The notes below the pieces were generated by a model. It did not search any database. It saw only the letters and a list, made by a program, of their open reading frames with translations, and was not told where the DNA came from. A DNA stretch of 64,000 nucleotides from Stylophora pistillata (Eukaryota). Location of the stretch: the NCBI RefSeq assembly GCF_002571385.2, contig NW_019218148.1:137433-201432 (forward strand), given 5' to 3'. Both the position numbers and the translations under genes were made by a program. The number at the start of each line of letters is the position of its first letter. The stretch's first letter is position 1. Shown piece after piece: positions 11,785 through 25,056 of the stretch.

Positions 11785-14729
11785 CTTGGCCTTCCGGAGA
11801 ACAGCTAATATGAATATTCAATAAGAATTTATGGACCAATCACAGAACGCGATGAACAAAATTCCCACAGAATACATTATCGGCTGCAGCGGGTTCACAA
11901 ATTTTTGGATTTTTGAGAAATTTCTATTGGTCAGAATGTGAGTAATTTTCTCCGTGTTTTCATTACATTTATTTGGTTTTACATATTTGTTTTTCATGGC
12001 CCATTTTTTCTTCGTGAACATCTGTCAAGAGCCGAGAACCCTTGCCACTGACAACAACGAGCTGTTCATTCGGCTATCGTAACCATTAAACAAAAAAACC
12101 TTTGAAATGGAAATATCGCTGGCTGAGTCTGGTTCACGATTAGGATATACCAGCATTTAACGACAAATTACTGTTGTTTTGAATAAATTACTATTGAAAA
12201 AAAAACTGACATCGCAAGCCTAAGCGAATTATTTATTGAAACTCTGAAGCGGTTTCAAAATACTCCTCAGTTGCGACAAAAAATATTATTAAATGGCTTT
12301 TGGATACTGGAAAAAGAAAATCTTATTGTGAAGAGTAGCAAACCTAAATAAAATCGTTTGCTGTTGAAAATTTAAATGAACAGGCCGGAGTAATTTACTT
12401 TCGAGGGTATAATTAACAACTCAATGTCACTGACGAACATAAAACACTTTTTTGTACTAAGAATGTAATTTCAATGTATTATCAAAATCCCTCCGGCTGT
12501 CTGATTCAAAAATTCGAATGAAAAATCGTCTGATAATAAAATATTACGCACACAGAGTAAGATTTGTTTTTAATCTCTCTCGGTGGAACCAAGTTTGCTG
12601 ATATTCGACCCGACAGTTGTTTTGCTTTCAACGATTGATTCATTCAAACCTGCGACTGCACATTCTAAAGCGGCTCTTGAACGGAGATGTTCAATGTTTA
12701 TTGTTTTGTTGTTTTGTTGTACGATTTCCAAATAAATATCTATTAATATTTTGAAAACGCAACGTCGAAAGATGCCTGGTTAAAATGAAATATTCACTGT
12801 CTGAAATATTCTGTCTGTTTGTACCAATTCATTCGCGAAAGATCGAGCCTAGCTTAGCATAATATATTCTTAAGCGTGGGCGAGGAGCAGATTGTATGAA
12901 GCTTAAAGCTCAAAATTAACATAAAAATGGTACTGTGATTAATGGAGCTTGAAGATAGCTATCAATGAGAAAACGAAGTGAAAGCCGTCTGACCGAACCG
13001 ACATAATTAAAAGGGTTTTCATATTTTCCGTTTTCTTTTTCTTTTCTTTTTAACAGGAGGAAATTGAAGTAAACGGTGACTATGAAACCAAACTTAAAGC
13101 AGTTTTACTCCTTCTAATCCATAGGTAATACAGGATAAAAAGATTTTCCCTAAAAAACATTTTAGGCCCAAAAAAAGTTTCTATCAAATGTGTTCATTTT
13201 CTGCTATTCCTCGTTTTCTTCCGAGCCACTTTCTCAGGCTTATAGAGATGTTTGTCAAGTAATAATGAATTCAAATGAGTTTCCGGTTTAGTCTACTGAC
13301 ACATGATGCCACTGATAGAGCAAAGTTTATCAACAGACAAAAGGGATTATAATTTGTAACCTCAAAAATATTTCTTCTAAGTCGTCCAAATTTGTGTGAA
13401 ACTTTTAGTTTCTCGGCAATCGTATGTGCCAATTCAAATTTACCTTGAAGGAACTATTTCGAAGATAGGGCTGTGCGGGATGTGAAGGGTGGAGAATTTG
13501 CGAACGCTTCCCGCCCCTCCTCTGTGAGTTTCTGTTTGTCACTCGGTTCCAGTTCTCTTATGGAAATTTTCACACGTTCAAAGCCTTGAGAAACCTTTGG
13601 AGACTTGCGATAAATAACATCTTTACGTACCTGGATCTTCCTCATCCATGTCACCAAAGAGCGTCTTCTCTCTACGCTTCCTGTTTGGCTGTATAAACTG
13701 GAACAACAGAGCGTTCATTTTCGAACCCGTCTGTCCTTATGCACCCCTGGGTAACAGAGATTTTACACCAAAAGTCGTGACAGGTTATCCACAGATTTAA
13801 AGCAGACGGTCTCTGAAGCCGTACTGAACTCCTACACAACAAAATTTCTGTAACGAGTGTTCGAAATGATTCGGTTTTTAGGTGAAAATCCATTATTACG
13901 AATACAGTGATTCCATGTTGTCACGTTACGAGAGATTACAGAGCAGAAATCAAGAGAGCTCACAAATTCCAAAATATCATTCCTGCCCGCGGTTATGTCC
14001 TCTCTTTTCCCTTGAGTTATCATTCATTTTGCTACTATTTTGCTGAAGAAAATATGTCCGTAAGATTATAGGCTAGACAAAGCTAAAAAATAAGACTAGG
14101 CTATCAGGCGCGTTTTGTTTGTCCGCCGAGGTATAAATAATAAATTTAGTTTTGGGCCGGTGAAGTTTCGATGGTCAGACAAGTCAAGAATTGCTGGTAC
14201 CTGTTGAATCAATTTTTTTCTCACTTGGAATACCGTTTGGTGTTAAAAAACCCTTAAGTTGGGACCACACAAACTCTCAGACAAATCAGCGATTTCATTA
14301 GAGGTTAAAATTTCTAACAAAAATAGTAATAAAAATTCATGCATTGCCCGGTTGATTTCTTCAAAGTGTTATATTAAACTATAAATCAATAGAAACAAGT
14401 TTTCAAAGTTCTGTAAAGCTAGAACATACACCGGGTGAGATTTCTGCAACAGTCGCAGAGACAACGACAAAGTATGCTTTTAGCTCTTTGATGCAACAAC
14501 AAATAACGTTGTGTATTACCTGTGCTATAGACAACCATCAGGCGTGAGAAAAATATTCACATTTGACTAAGTCATGCCGATTTATAACAATATAAGAAGA
14601 ATTTGGTTATTGCTAAGGCTAGTTAAAAAAACAATACGAACACGAGGGGGAACTCAGATGAACTGTAAAAAAACAAACGAAAGGGATCTAACGGTTGAAC
14701 AGAAGGTCTACAGGTAGACAGATAGACAA

Positions 14730-15930
14730 TGAGTAGATACAATCAAAACGCACAGTCTGACAGAGAGATAGACAGGACAGAGGGAGGCGTAATTAAAAGC
14801 AATCTGACAGACAGGTAGAAGGAGGACAGAGGGACGGACAATCAAACGTACAGTCTGACAGACAATTAAACAGAAGGACAGAGGGACGCGCAATCAAACG
14901 CACAGTCTGACAGATAGAAGGACGGAAGGGAGGCGTAATCAAACGCACAGTTTGACAGACAGAAGGACAGAGGGACGCACAATCAAACGCACAGTCTAAC
15001 ACACAGATAGAAAGAGGGACAAAGGGACCCATAATCAGACGCAGAGTCTGACAGACAGATAGACAGAAGAACAGAAGGACGCACAATCACGCACAGCCTG
15101 ACAAACAGGACAGAGGGACGCGCAATCAGACGCACAGTCTGACAGACAGAAGGACGCGCAATCAGACGCACAGTCTGACAGACAGAAGGACAGAGGGACG
15201 CGCAATCAGACGCACAGTCTGACAGACAGAGGAAAAGAGGGACACGTAATCAGACACAGTGTGACAGATTGAAGGAAAGAGGGACGCGCAATCAGACGCA
15301 TAGTCTGACAGACAGAAGCACAGAGGGACGCGCAATCAGACGCAGTCTGATAGACAGAAGGACAGAGGGACGCGCAATCAGATGCACAGTCTGACAGACA
15401 GAAGGACAGAGGGACGCGCAATCAGATGCACAGTCTGACAGACAGAAGGACTGAGGGACGCGCAATCAGACGCACAGCCTGGTAGACAGAAGGACAGAGG
15501 GACGCGCAATCAGACGCACAGTCTGACAGACAGAAGGACAGAGGGATGCGTAATCAGACGCAGTGTGACCGACAGAAGGAAAGAGGGATGCGCAATCAGA
15601 CGTACAGTCTGACAGACAGAAGAGGGACACGCAATCAGACGCACAGTCTGACAGACAGGACAGAGGGACGCGCAATCAGACGCACAGTCTGACAGACAGA
15701 AGGACGCGCAATCAGACGCGCAGTCTGACAGACAGAAGGACAGAGGGACGCGCAATCAGACGCACAGTCTGACAGACAGAAGGAAAGAGGGAAAGAGGAA
15801 AGTGCGTCCTTCTGTTCTTCTGTCTTTCACTGACTCTGCGTCTGATTATGCGTCCCTTTGTCTTTCTTTCTATCTGTGTGTTAGACTGTGCGTTTGATTG
15901 TGCGTCCCTCTGTCCTTCTGTCGGTCACAC
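14730..15930. repeat. ~44-bp tandem satellite with an inverted terminal block
   Basis: Unit GACAGACAGAAGGACAGAGGGACGCGCAATCAGACGCACAGTCT repeated more than 20 times over ~14730-15790. Reverse-complement units at ~15800-15930. Confidence 0.92.
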
Positions 15931-15969
15931 TGATTTCCTGTCGGTCACAATCCATTTTTTTCCCAAACT

Positions 15970-16375
15970 GTGTGTTTAATAACAGGGTCTGGTTGGGATG
16001 TCAGATCTACCCAGATTCTTCGTGCCCTCAAATGGGAAAGCCTCATTGACAGACGTGCAAAACAATTGAAATATTTAATGTTTAAAACTGCTAATAACCT
16101 TGTACCCGAATACCTGTCTGACAAATTCACCAGCGTAAATACCATCCACAAGCATAATTTACGGGGCACCCAACACAACTTGTTTATTCCGCGGCCGAAT
16201 ACTGAGGCCCTCAAAAAGAGTTTTCGTTATAGGGGTGCAGCAGCATGGAACAGTCTGTCAGTTGAGGCTAAGCAGGCCACTACCTTAAATAGCTTTTATT
16301 CTTCTATTGTATAATATTATTAACTTACTTTAAGATTTCTTCTTAATAGATTGTAGTTTTTAAGTCATAGTTATA
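15970..16375 (+). mobile_element. LINE (L2/CR1-like) ORF2 3' fragment
   Basis: LKWESLIDRRAKQL...HNLRG...PRPNTEALKKSFRYRGAAAWNSL is a typical non-LTR ORF2 C-terminus. Confidence 0.8.
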
Positions 16376-16446
16376 AAGGCCGCGGACAGAGAATCGAACA
16401 CGGAGAGCTAACACACAGAAGATCAACAGAGGTTTACGTTGTACTT

Positions 16447-17667
16447 TCATTCCTCGATCCAATACTTTGCCGGGTAATTCTCAATAAAAAGTGGTATTGT
16501 AAGATTTCTAAGCACTTCTACTGAACCTTCTGTTGCGATGTAGCCCATTGATGTCATCACATCACGGCAATAACGTTCAATCACGTTCACGTAACATGAA
16601 TCTGTTAAACGTCGCCACTTGTCCAGAATTTCCAAAGAGTTTCTTATAAAAGACATAGGATTTCGTTTCTCCGCTCTTAACTCTTTAGTGCTAGGATGTG
16701 TTATATTGACAATCCATTTTTTAATACTTTCCAACATTTCAAGTCCAGCATACTCATACAAAGATTGTAACACGTCCAGCGGACTAACTGCTAAGTCTTC
16801 GTACCGCACCAGTCTCACACGGCTGCGAAGCGATAACGGAAGATTTCTTACCAGATGAAGATTTGTCTCAGTCATCTGACAAAGAGAATGGACAAATTGT
16901 CTCATAGAGGACTTTTCCTTTCTATCCTTTTCTTTGAAAAAGGATACCTTCTGAGAGGACATTACAACAGGTCTTATATCACGGATCAAATATATAATTT
17001 TGCACTCTACCCCCGCCAATTCGCAAGTTTCAAAAAGTTTCCCAATTGACTGGCCAGGAATCCTTTCCAAGAGAAGCTTATAAACGATAGTATCATGTTG
17101 AACTTTGCACGAAAGCTCAAGGTTTTCCTGTGTTACTGTTAAACAACCTTTTCTTTGCCATCTTGGATCTCCTCGACTAAACGTACAAAACGGTGGAGAG
17201 CTCAACGCTCGGCTATAAAATCGAAAAAATGTACCGATATCCCGAATTGAATTTCCCACACTAAAGTCGCACTTGAAAATGTGGTAAAGAAGGTTGGTTG
17301 CAATTTTATCATAATCCTTCAGTTGAGTTTTTCGAGTTCCATGAAGTGGTTCAAACACGTAAAATACTCGTGGATGTTGGTCGAAAATGCTGGCCAGAAA
17401 TGTAGAACCAGATCTGCCATGGGCAACAATCACCACGATCCGTTGCTTCCTCGCTTGAGGCTTATCTGTCGACTCCACATGAGCCTGCAATGTGGTCATT
17501 GGCTCTGTCAATGAAAATAACCTTTTCGAAGCACCAAATAGATCCTGGCTCAGGACAATGTGTCGGTGCATTGACATTTCGAGAAACGCGAAAAATAAAC
17601 CCAAGGAAACAGCAGAAAGGAACAATAAGAAACCAAAACCAAACCGAATTTTTGCCCATCTAGCCAT
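16447..17667 (-). CDS. Carbohydrate (Gal/GlcNAc/GalNAc 6-O) sulfotransferase, CHST1/3-like, copy A
   Basis: Single coding exon, ATG at 17667. N-terminal type II membrane anchor, 5'-PSB motif HGRSGSTF, VFYVFEPL, 3'-PB-like RDIRPVVMSS, LVRYEDLA. Confidence 0.9.
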   Translation of the reverse strand: MARWAKIRFGFGFLLFLSAVSLGLFFAFLEMSMHRHIVLSQDLFGASKRLFSLTEPMTTLQAHVESTDKPQARKQRIVVIVAHGRSGSTFLASIFDQHPRVFYVFEPLHGTRKTQLKDYDKIATNLLYHIFKCDFSVGNSIRDIGTFFRFYSRALSSPPFCTFSRGDPRWQRKGCLTVTQENLELSCKVQHDTIVYKLLLERIPGQSIGKLFETCELAGVECKIIYLIRDIRPVVMSSQKVSFFKEKDRKEKSSMRQFVHSLCQMTETNLHLVRNLPLSLRSRVRLVRYEDLAVSPLDVLQSLYEYAGLEMLESIKKWIVNITHPSTKELRAEKRNPMSFIRNSLEILDKWRRLTDSCYVNVIERYCRDVMTSMGYIATEGSVEVLRNLTIPLFIENYPAKYWIEE

Positions 17668-19417
17668 TGTTGACAACGCTGATAAATGAGAATCTTTAAA
17701 TGCGTCCTCGCAGCTGCAAAAGAAATTAAGAAATACAGAACTCTATCAAACGAACTATGTCCTTGTTAGCCTTCATACAACTGAAATTGAAGACTGCATG
17801 GTTTCAAATTTACGTCGATCGACCTAAATCTTTAATGTCCTCGTGTTTTCGATGGTTTCATCCCCAAATAAAACAGCAGGTTGTAAACGTATAACTGCGA
17901 ACATTTCCTATATGGAGTTGCAAGGTGAATATCACCAGCTTCCGCTGTTACTATGGGTTGGTTTGTGTATGCAAAATAGTGAACATTTCCTTCAAAACTG
18001 ATTTTTAGAGAACTATGTCGAGTGCAAAATCAATGTAAATGAAATTACAATAACAATGTGGCCTCATTAAAAAAGTTTAATAAATTTCAACTTGTATAGG
18101 AGAGTCTGAAGGCTATTCTAAACTGCACACAACAAAATTACGCAAGTACATTGAAAGAACTTTCAAAAGCAAACCGAAAGAGACGAAACGCGTTTTTTTT
18201 AACGCCCAAATCATGATTGTTAAATTGAATAGTAATTTCAATAGCTGCACTTGACATGTTAAGCAAAATGTAAACTAAATCCCAGAGACTAAATATGTTT
18301 TCAACCCTTCTGTACTACACAGAACTAAACAAAAAACATAGCACAAAGATTTTAGATGAAACTGAAAACAAAGACCACAGAATTCTCCCAATGCCATAGT
18401 ATGTTTACTGTTTGGTCTGTTTTAAGTACCACTCTACCACACTGCAGGTGGAAAATTTTCAGTTCACATTAATGAAATCAAAAACACCTTGGTGAAGAGC
18501 GGTACAATCTGCTAAAACATTAACTCTCATGCGTTATCAATCTGATCACCATCGTAGGCCTTTTGGCACTGAGGGTGACGTGAATACGAAGAACTCCAAA
18601 TATGGTCAACTCACTCTTTCCTGAGAGATCACACTTCACACGGGTAGTTCTCCTTTGTAACTGCAAGACATTTTCTTGAAGATAAGTAAGAAATTTTGGT
18701 TTTTTATCGGACTGGTTTGAGGGAATAGAGAGGAAAAGCAATATTTTCAGCAAATTACGAGTCTCACAATTTTACGATCACTTGATTACCTGCTGTAAAA
18801 GCTTGTTGGTTACCAGACTTTATTAGTAATTATTGTGAGACTCCACCAGATAGGTTTTCCAACATCTTAAAATAAAATTAGAAAGTTTGCACACGTATTT
18901 CAAAATCTATCGTAGCACAAACCAATTTGTGGAATTGACATGACATATTATTTTTCAGTGAAACCAAACCAAATTGAAATCATGAAATCATAGATGTAAT
19001 TAAGATCAGTTTGACTGGGAAAGTCGAGTATAATCGCGAAAATACCCGAGGAAATACCGAGTACTAACGAGGAAAACCAAGCTCGGCTTAGTTTAAGTTT
19101 TTTAGTCCAAGATAAGTAAAGTCGAGAAAATACCGAGCATTTACGAAAACTGAGCCGAGTGTTCGCGAAGAACACCGAATTTGAGATTGCCAAGGTGTTG
19201 AGTACAAGAAAAGTATAATCGGGTAAGTACGGAACAATCACGAAGACCGATCTTGAGATTGTTAAGGTGCTTGATCCAATAAGAGCATAATCAATAATCA
19301 TAAAGAAAACTGAGCTTGAAATTTCCTTAGCAGACCAAACCTTTATGGATTGTCATGGTGATGAACACACGCGTTAGAAATGCACCTTCTCTCTGATCCC
19401 CGCAGTAAACTAGTAAT

Positions 19418-19786
19418 TAGGGACCTTAAGCAGTCAGGACGGCGACGCCAAGGAAGACTTCGATTAAAAAATGAATTTCTACTCTTAGTTAGAATTTTAA
19501 AAATGGCTGCAGGAGCTTACTGTCTCATACGACACCCCAGCTCAACTTCAACATGACGTATAAAAGCAGCGTTGAGTTCCAAATGGAAATTAAAATAATT
19601 TGCCGTCGCGGTTTCGGTTCGCAGACGGCGCAAATTTTGGCGATTTCACGTTGTTGTTTTGCATAGGACGGCTAAGAGATGTACAAAGTTTCAAAATGCA
19701 CGTGCTGAGCTATTGTTCTGCCAATTAGATCTCTTGTTTTTCCACGTCCTCGTTGCCGTCGCCGTCGTGGTTGCTTAAGGTCCCTA
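19418..19786. mobile_element. MITE with 15-bp TIRs
   Basis: TAGGGACCTTAAGCA...TGCTTAAGGTCCCTA. A second copy of the right end lies at 59967-60035. Confidence 0.8.
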
Positions 19787-21150
19787 TTTTTACTCAGGGA
19801 CAAAACAGCTGGTGATTCTGTATGTGGTGACCGGCTTAATTCTTCATTGTTTGCTGTTAGAGATAGTTTACTAAAAACCGATCCAAGATCATTGAAGACA
19901 GAATAGTGCTTTATCTCCTTTCTCAGTTTTCTATCCATAGAATCTGGTACAATCCGTGAACGATAGTCGTTATCAACAACTATACTTCATTGCATAAACG
20001 TAGTGTTATTTCACTTGACGTTTTAATGGCATAAATCTTTTTCAAATAATGAAAGAGATACATCAAAAGATTCAAATGGATAATGCAAAAAAACTTTCCA
20101 TTTACTCGGTAAATATCTCAAACAAAACAGAAGCTGTTCTCTTTTAAAAAGCATTCGAAAATCAGTTTATGTTTGATAAGGAAAAGTTTCTCTTTAAACC
20201 AACCGCATGTATTTTTGACCCAACTACTGACAACCGCCATGAAAAAGAATAATTTGAAGTTTATATTTACCTCAAATTGAGAGAAAAGCACTAATATTTC
20301 AGTAAAGCATTGAGAAATCTGCTAGAACTTTGACTGTTATTTTGTAAGGAGCTATATAGTAAATGTTGGTTCGGCTAAAACAGTGTTATAGAAGCAGATG
20401 GTTGAACAAGCACACCAAATCAACTGCATGCAAAACCTATTTTAAGTCTCTTTTCGATGGACCGCGAGTAAATTAAATTTTTTCCCTCACGTTTACTCAC
20501 AGTGAATCCAGTACCAGAGCGTGGATATCCAGAGCCAGAGTTTATGACGCAAACGTGATGAAGTAATATTCTTGTGTGCATTTTGCTCAAGCCTAAAGTT
20601 AGATATTTATTTGTCTTTTATGAGAAAACGAAAGCTGATTGCATTCAAACGTGTTTCATTGGCTGGTTTGGTGTCAATTCAGTGTAGTTGCGTACAGTGA
20701 ATCGCGCGTGCATATAGCTCTGAACTAGCCAATCACAGCACTGCACCTATCGTGAAATGGCTTCTTTCCCCGTCGTGAAGATAGTTCTTTCAAAATGGCC
20801 ACAAAAGAACTGAAGAATTAATTGGAGAAATGGCGGCTCCCTAACTGAGCAAGAAATTAGATCGTTTGATCATTACCGTAGGATACATTTTTAATTCCAA
20901 AGAATCTTTTTGATGTTCAAAACATCACGAAAGGGGCTGAAACAAAACTTTGTCTCAGTTTGGTCGCCGACGGCTCAATGATAAAACACTTAAGTCAATG
21001 TGGAAGATGGAAAAGAAATTTCAGATGTGCAGAAAGAAGCACGGACGAAAAACTGCAGAGACAGACGGTCTGACCTGAAAATCAATGAAAGGACAGGCCG
21101 ACGGGGAGACTTACTCACTGCGGACGCACTCAGCTGGCAGACTGCAATCC

Positions 21151-22395
21151 CTAGATCCAATTTTGCGCAGTGAAATTCTTGTTAAACAGTGGAATCGTTG
21201 AATTTTGGAGCATTTCCACAGAACCATGTGTTGCAATATAGCCCATTAATTTCATCACATCACGGCAATATCGCTCAATCACATCCACGAAACAAGAATC
21301 TGCCGAAAATCGCCACCTGTTCAGAACTTCCAGTGAGTTTCTTACCATAGAAACTGAGCGTTTTTCCTCGTTTTTCAAGTGATCAAAACTCGGCTGTGTT
21401 ATTTTCACGATCCATTGTTTGATATTTTCTAACATTTCAAGTCCTGCGAATCTATACAAAGAATCGAAAACTTGCAGTGGTTCAGCTGCTAAGTCTTCAA
21501 ATCGCACCAGTCTCAGACGACTGCGAAGAGATGGAGGAAAATTTTTCACTATATCAAGATTCCTTTCAATCATTTCACAGCAAGAATAAACGAACTGTCT
21601 TAAGGATGGTCTTGTCTTCCGATCAACCTCTCGGAAAAAGGCTACTTTGCGAGAGGACATTACAAGTGGTCTTAAATCACGTACTAAATAAATGATTTTG
21701 CATTCAACATCTGCCATTTCGCACACGTGGAAAAGTCTCTCAACTGATTGGCCAGGGACTCTGTCTAAAAGAAGCTTATAAACGACTGTGTTGTGTAGCA
21801 CTTTACACGAGTGTTCAAGCTTTTTTTGAGTCACAGGCGAACAGTACTTTCTCCTCCATTTTGGATCGCCTTGGTTGTACTTGCAAAACGGTGGAGAACT
21901 TAACGCTCGGCTGTAGAAACGAAAGAAACGACCCATCTCCTTGCTTGTATTACCCATACTGAAGTTACATTGAAAAATGTGTTGAAGAAAATTCATCGCA
22001 AATGTATCGTAATCCCCGACTTGAATTTTCCCTATCCCGTGCAGTGGTTCGAACACGTAAAAGACTCGTGGATGCTTGTCAAAAATATCAGCAAGAAATG
22101 TAGAACCAGATCTGCCATGCGCAACCACCAACACGATCTGACGATTTTTCACCTTATGCTTCAACGTCCTCTCTGTAGAATCGTTAACTGAGTTGGTTCT
22201 GTTTTGAGTTTCCAAAGGGGCCTCGTTGGTCGTTAGATTTGATGTTGTAATAAACATACTACCAGACTGTAATACGTTTCTGTTCTTGACAACGTCTCGG
22301 GATGTTTGGAGTAAAGCGAAAAACAAACCGACAGATATGAAAGTGAAAATTAGCAGCAGAATAAGGTTTCGTCGAATTCTCCAGCGAAAGGCCAT
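21151..22395 (-). CDS. Carbohydrate sulfotransferase, CHST1/3-like, copy B
   Basis: 414-aa ORF with a TM anchor, HGRSGSTF, VFYVFEPL, RDLRPLVMSS and VRFEDLA. Clear paralogue of copy A (shared FFRFYSRALSSPPFC, VIERYCRDVM). Confidence 0.9.
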   Translation of the reverse strand: MAFRWRIRRNLILLLIFTFISVGLFFALLQTSRDVVKNRNVLQSGSMFITTSNLTTNEAPLETQNRTNSVNDSTERTLKHKVKNRQIVLVVAHGRSGSTFLADIFDKHPRVFYVFEPLHGIGKIQVGDYDTFAMNFLQHIFQCNFSMGNTSKEMGRFFRFYSRALSSPPFCKYNQGDPKWRRKYCSPVTQKKLEHSCKVLHNTVVYKLLLDRVPGQSVERLFHVCEMADVECKIIYLVRDLRPLVMSSRKVAFFREVDRKTRPSLRQFVYSCCEMIERNLDIVKNFPPSLRSRLRLVRFEDLAAEPLQVFDSLYRFAGLEMLENIKQWIVKITQPSFDHLKNEEKRSVSMVRNSLEVLNRWRFSADSCFVDVIERYCRDVMKLMGYIATHGSVEMLQNSTIPLFNKNFTAQNWI

Positions 22396-25024
22396 TACGG
22401 TGTGGTTTGGAAAGTCTTCACCTTGAAATACATAATAATTATGTCAGACTCATATGAACAAAATAAAGAAAGGTTTTGACATGTAGCAGCTAATTCAAAA
22501 TCTGACCACGTCAGATTTCTATTTGTCATCAATCCAAGTTACAGCATATTGAAACTCGTCAAAATTTAAACATTCCATTACCTCAAATGAATAAAATAAT
22601 TTTGTTGAAAATATTAAGATGAATCTTTAGGAGGTCATTTACTACTACTTTCACGGGGAAAATCTTTTAATTTGATGAAGGGTAAAAAAAACGATGGGTA
22701 AATTTTCGACAAAGAAAAATGCTGTTCAGCAATAAACACTTAAAATTGTTTTGTGAAGATAACAAACTGCTGCTGTATTGATTGTGTCAGAACCTCGACG
22801 ACATATTGTTGTGTCTGTACGCGAGAAGTCACTCGTGGATTAAAACGGCCCACCGAAAGAAACTTTAATGTCACTCGAAAGAAAAAAAAGCTACTGTTCA
22901 AAATAGAAATGCCTACAACATATACCTCTTATATTCGATCCGGGAATTACGTAACTTCATGTGGAAACCTGCTTCATTAACACCTTACTGATTCTTTAGT
23001 CTAAACGAGTCACTTTATTGTCAATCGTATGTATTCGATCCAAGCATGTTCCGAAAAGTCGAACGAGGAATACTTTCACAAGACTAATCATTTGTTATTA
23101 TGACCAAGATTACTGTCTGATGGATGTCCTCCCCTGGGGTGGGATGGGTGGGATTCAATGGATGGGCTACTCGCATGGATCGCATATGTTCCGTTCTAGT
23201 CCTGCCCTACTGCGGTAATGCAGTGAAATATGGTGAGAACGTGATCACATAAGGAATTTGTCCTGACTCCAGCCGCCTGTACGCTAATTTTTCTTCAGAC
23301 ATGTTGAATAGGCTTTCGTCACAAGAATATGTTTTGCTGCCATCTCAATAAAAATATTTGGATCCAAATCGTTGTAATTTTTCTCACCCTCTCTTGGCCA
23401 AATCTCTTAAGCCGAATACTTAAGGTGAACAAAAATATATCGAAAACCTATTTCTTAAAAATTGCTTAGATTCGCGAGGATCTTAATTAAATGAATTAAT
23501 TTCTCCGTAGAAAATCAAACAACCGTGCTAGAACTGATTGATCCTAAAGTTACTTAAGCTATAGCTTTCGTTACATAGTCTTTCACTGAATCTGAAGGAC
23601 AAATTCAACCATGCGAAGCCTACAATGTCTAAAAGAACAGGAATACACGAGGACGCGCTAAACGTGCAGAGGCATTTGAGAACAAAACAAAGAAAACGAA
23701 ATCTCCTAAAATAATAGATTGAAAAGACATAAAAAATCTCGTCATCCTTATTTATAGATTCGTAGAAAACTAAATTTAAGTTAGAAAATCGATCAAGTGA
23801 CTGAGTGACGTGAAGAGCACATGTAATATGGTTTACAGTTTTTTTGGTGAAAATTTTCTTCGCCTATTACTTTCTGGTATTCTCAAATTTATTTTTATGC
23901 CCAATTCAAAATTTGAGTAACCTCTTTCTCAACAATATCAAACAAGTGGATATTTTCTTCATAACCGATCCCTATCAGTCACTCTTTAGTATTGTACGGC
24001 ACTTATTTTACACCTTTTTAAACCAGACCACATTGATGATTGGGTTTTAATGTCGTCCATTACCCCTTGTTATCCTTGTTTCATGCAACTGTGACAACTA
24101 ACTAAGGAATATTGCTCAACCAGTTTGAATCTTTTAGTTCACAAAAGGCATAGACGAAGTGAAATGTCGTGACAAGCAAAGTAAAAACAATATCACAATT
24201 CTATTTTGAGAATTCTTAGTATAAGTACAATATCAAGAAGGTAAAGAAAGTAAAAAAAACTTGTAACGTCCAGCAGATTACAAAGCATGTTGTGTTGACC
24301 TTTCTCTTCTGTTCATGTTATGTTGGAGCCGATTTCCTTTAATACTATTAATTAGTGATCTCTGAAACCAATGAAGATTTGAGATCGACTTTTGGAGTCA
24401 TGGGAAAACTGTATGTAGTAAGTCAAAAACAGTCGAAAGCCTTTACCGAACGATCCGTTTAAGACTAACACAGCGAAATTAAAAGGTACTAGTCTTCGCC
24501 TGTTTTAGGCAATCAGTTACTGAAGATGAGTGAAAAGCGGGGCGAGCGACAGAAAAACGAGGGGGGCCTAAGGAGAAATGAACAGCAGTACCTAACGAAA
24601 CTCTTTACCGCTCATTCGCGCATTGACGCGGATGTTCGCTCAGGCCAGTGCTACAGTCCGTTACGTTACTTACCGAAATGTCGAGTACGTGTTCTTGAAA
24701 ATGCTTTCAATTCTAGCTGAAAGATTTTAGGTTAATGTGGTTCCTTACAGGAACATTACGTGAACTAAAATGACCAATCTTAACTACTACTTTAGGGTTA
24801 GGTTGTTCAACGTCAATAAAGAGTAGCAATAAATAATGAGGAGTGTTGGACGGAAAATATTGATCGAATAAGAAAATATCAAGAATCAATGCATCAACAG
24901 AGCTAAAAACAACTTTACAAAATAATTTCCATTTCAGTCTAAACAATGATTTTATTTAATATTACAGTTCTAGGCTATCCATGGGTACTTGGTCTCGTCC
25001 TCAATCAATAATAACTCACATTTT

Positions 25025-25056
25025 CTCTGACGAAGGGCTAACGCTCGAAACGTCAG
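25025..25056 (+). ncRNA. Minimal type I hammerhead ribozyme motif in an interspersed repeat
   Basis: CT-CTGACGA-A-GGGC(TAAC)GCTC-GAAA-CG-TC^AG: CUGANGA and GAAA boxes, a 4-bp stem II, a palindromic ACGT stem III and a GUC cleavage triplet. Activity untested. Confidence 0.55.

Noticed and set aside
14730-15790. CRISPR-like array or coding repeats (ORFs 14708-15755)
   Set aside because: Units are contiguous with no unique spacers, the context is eukaryotic and there are no cas genes. The ORFs are by-products of the satellite.
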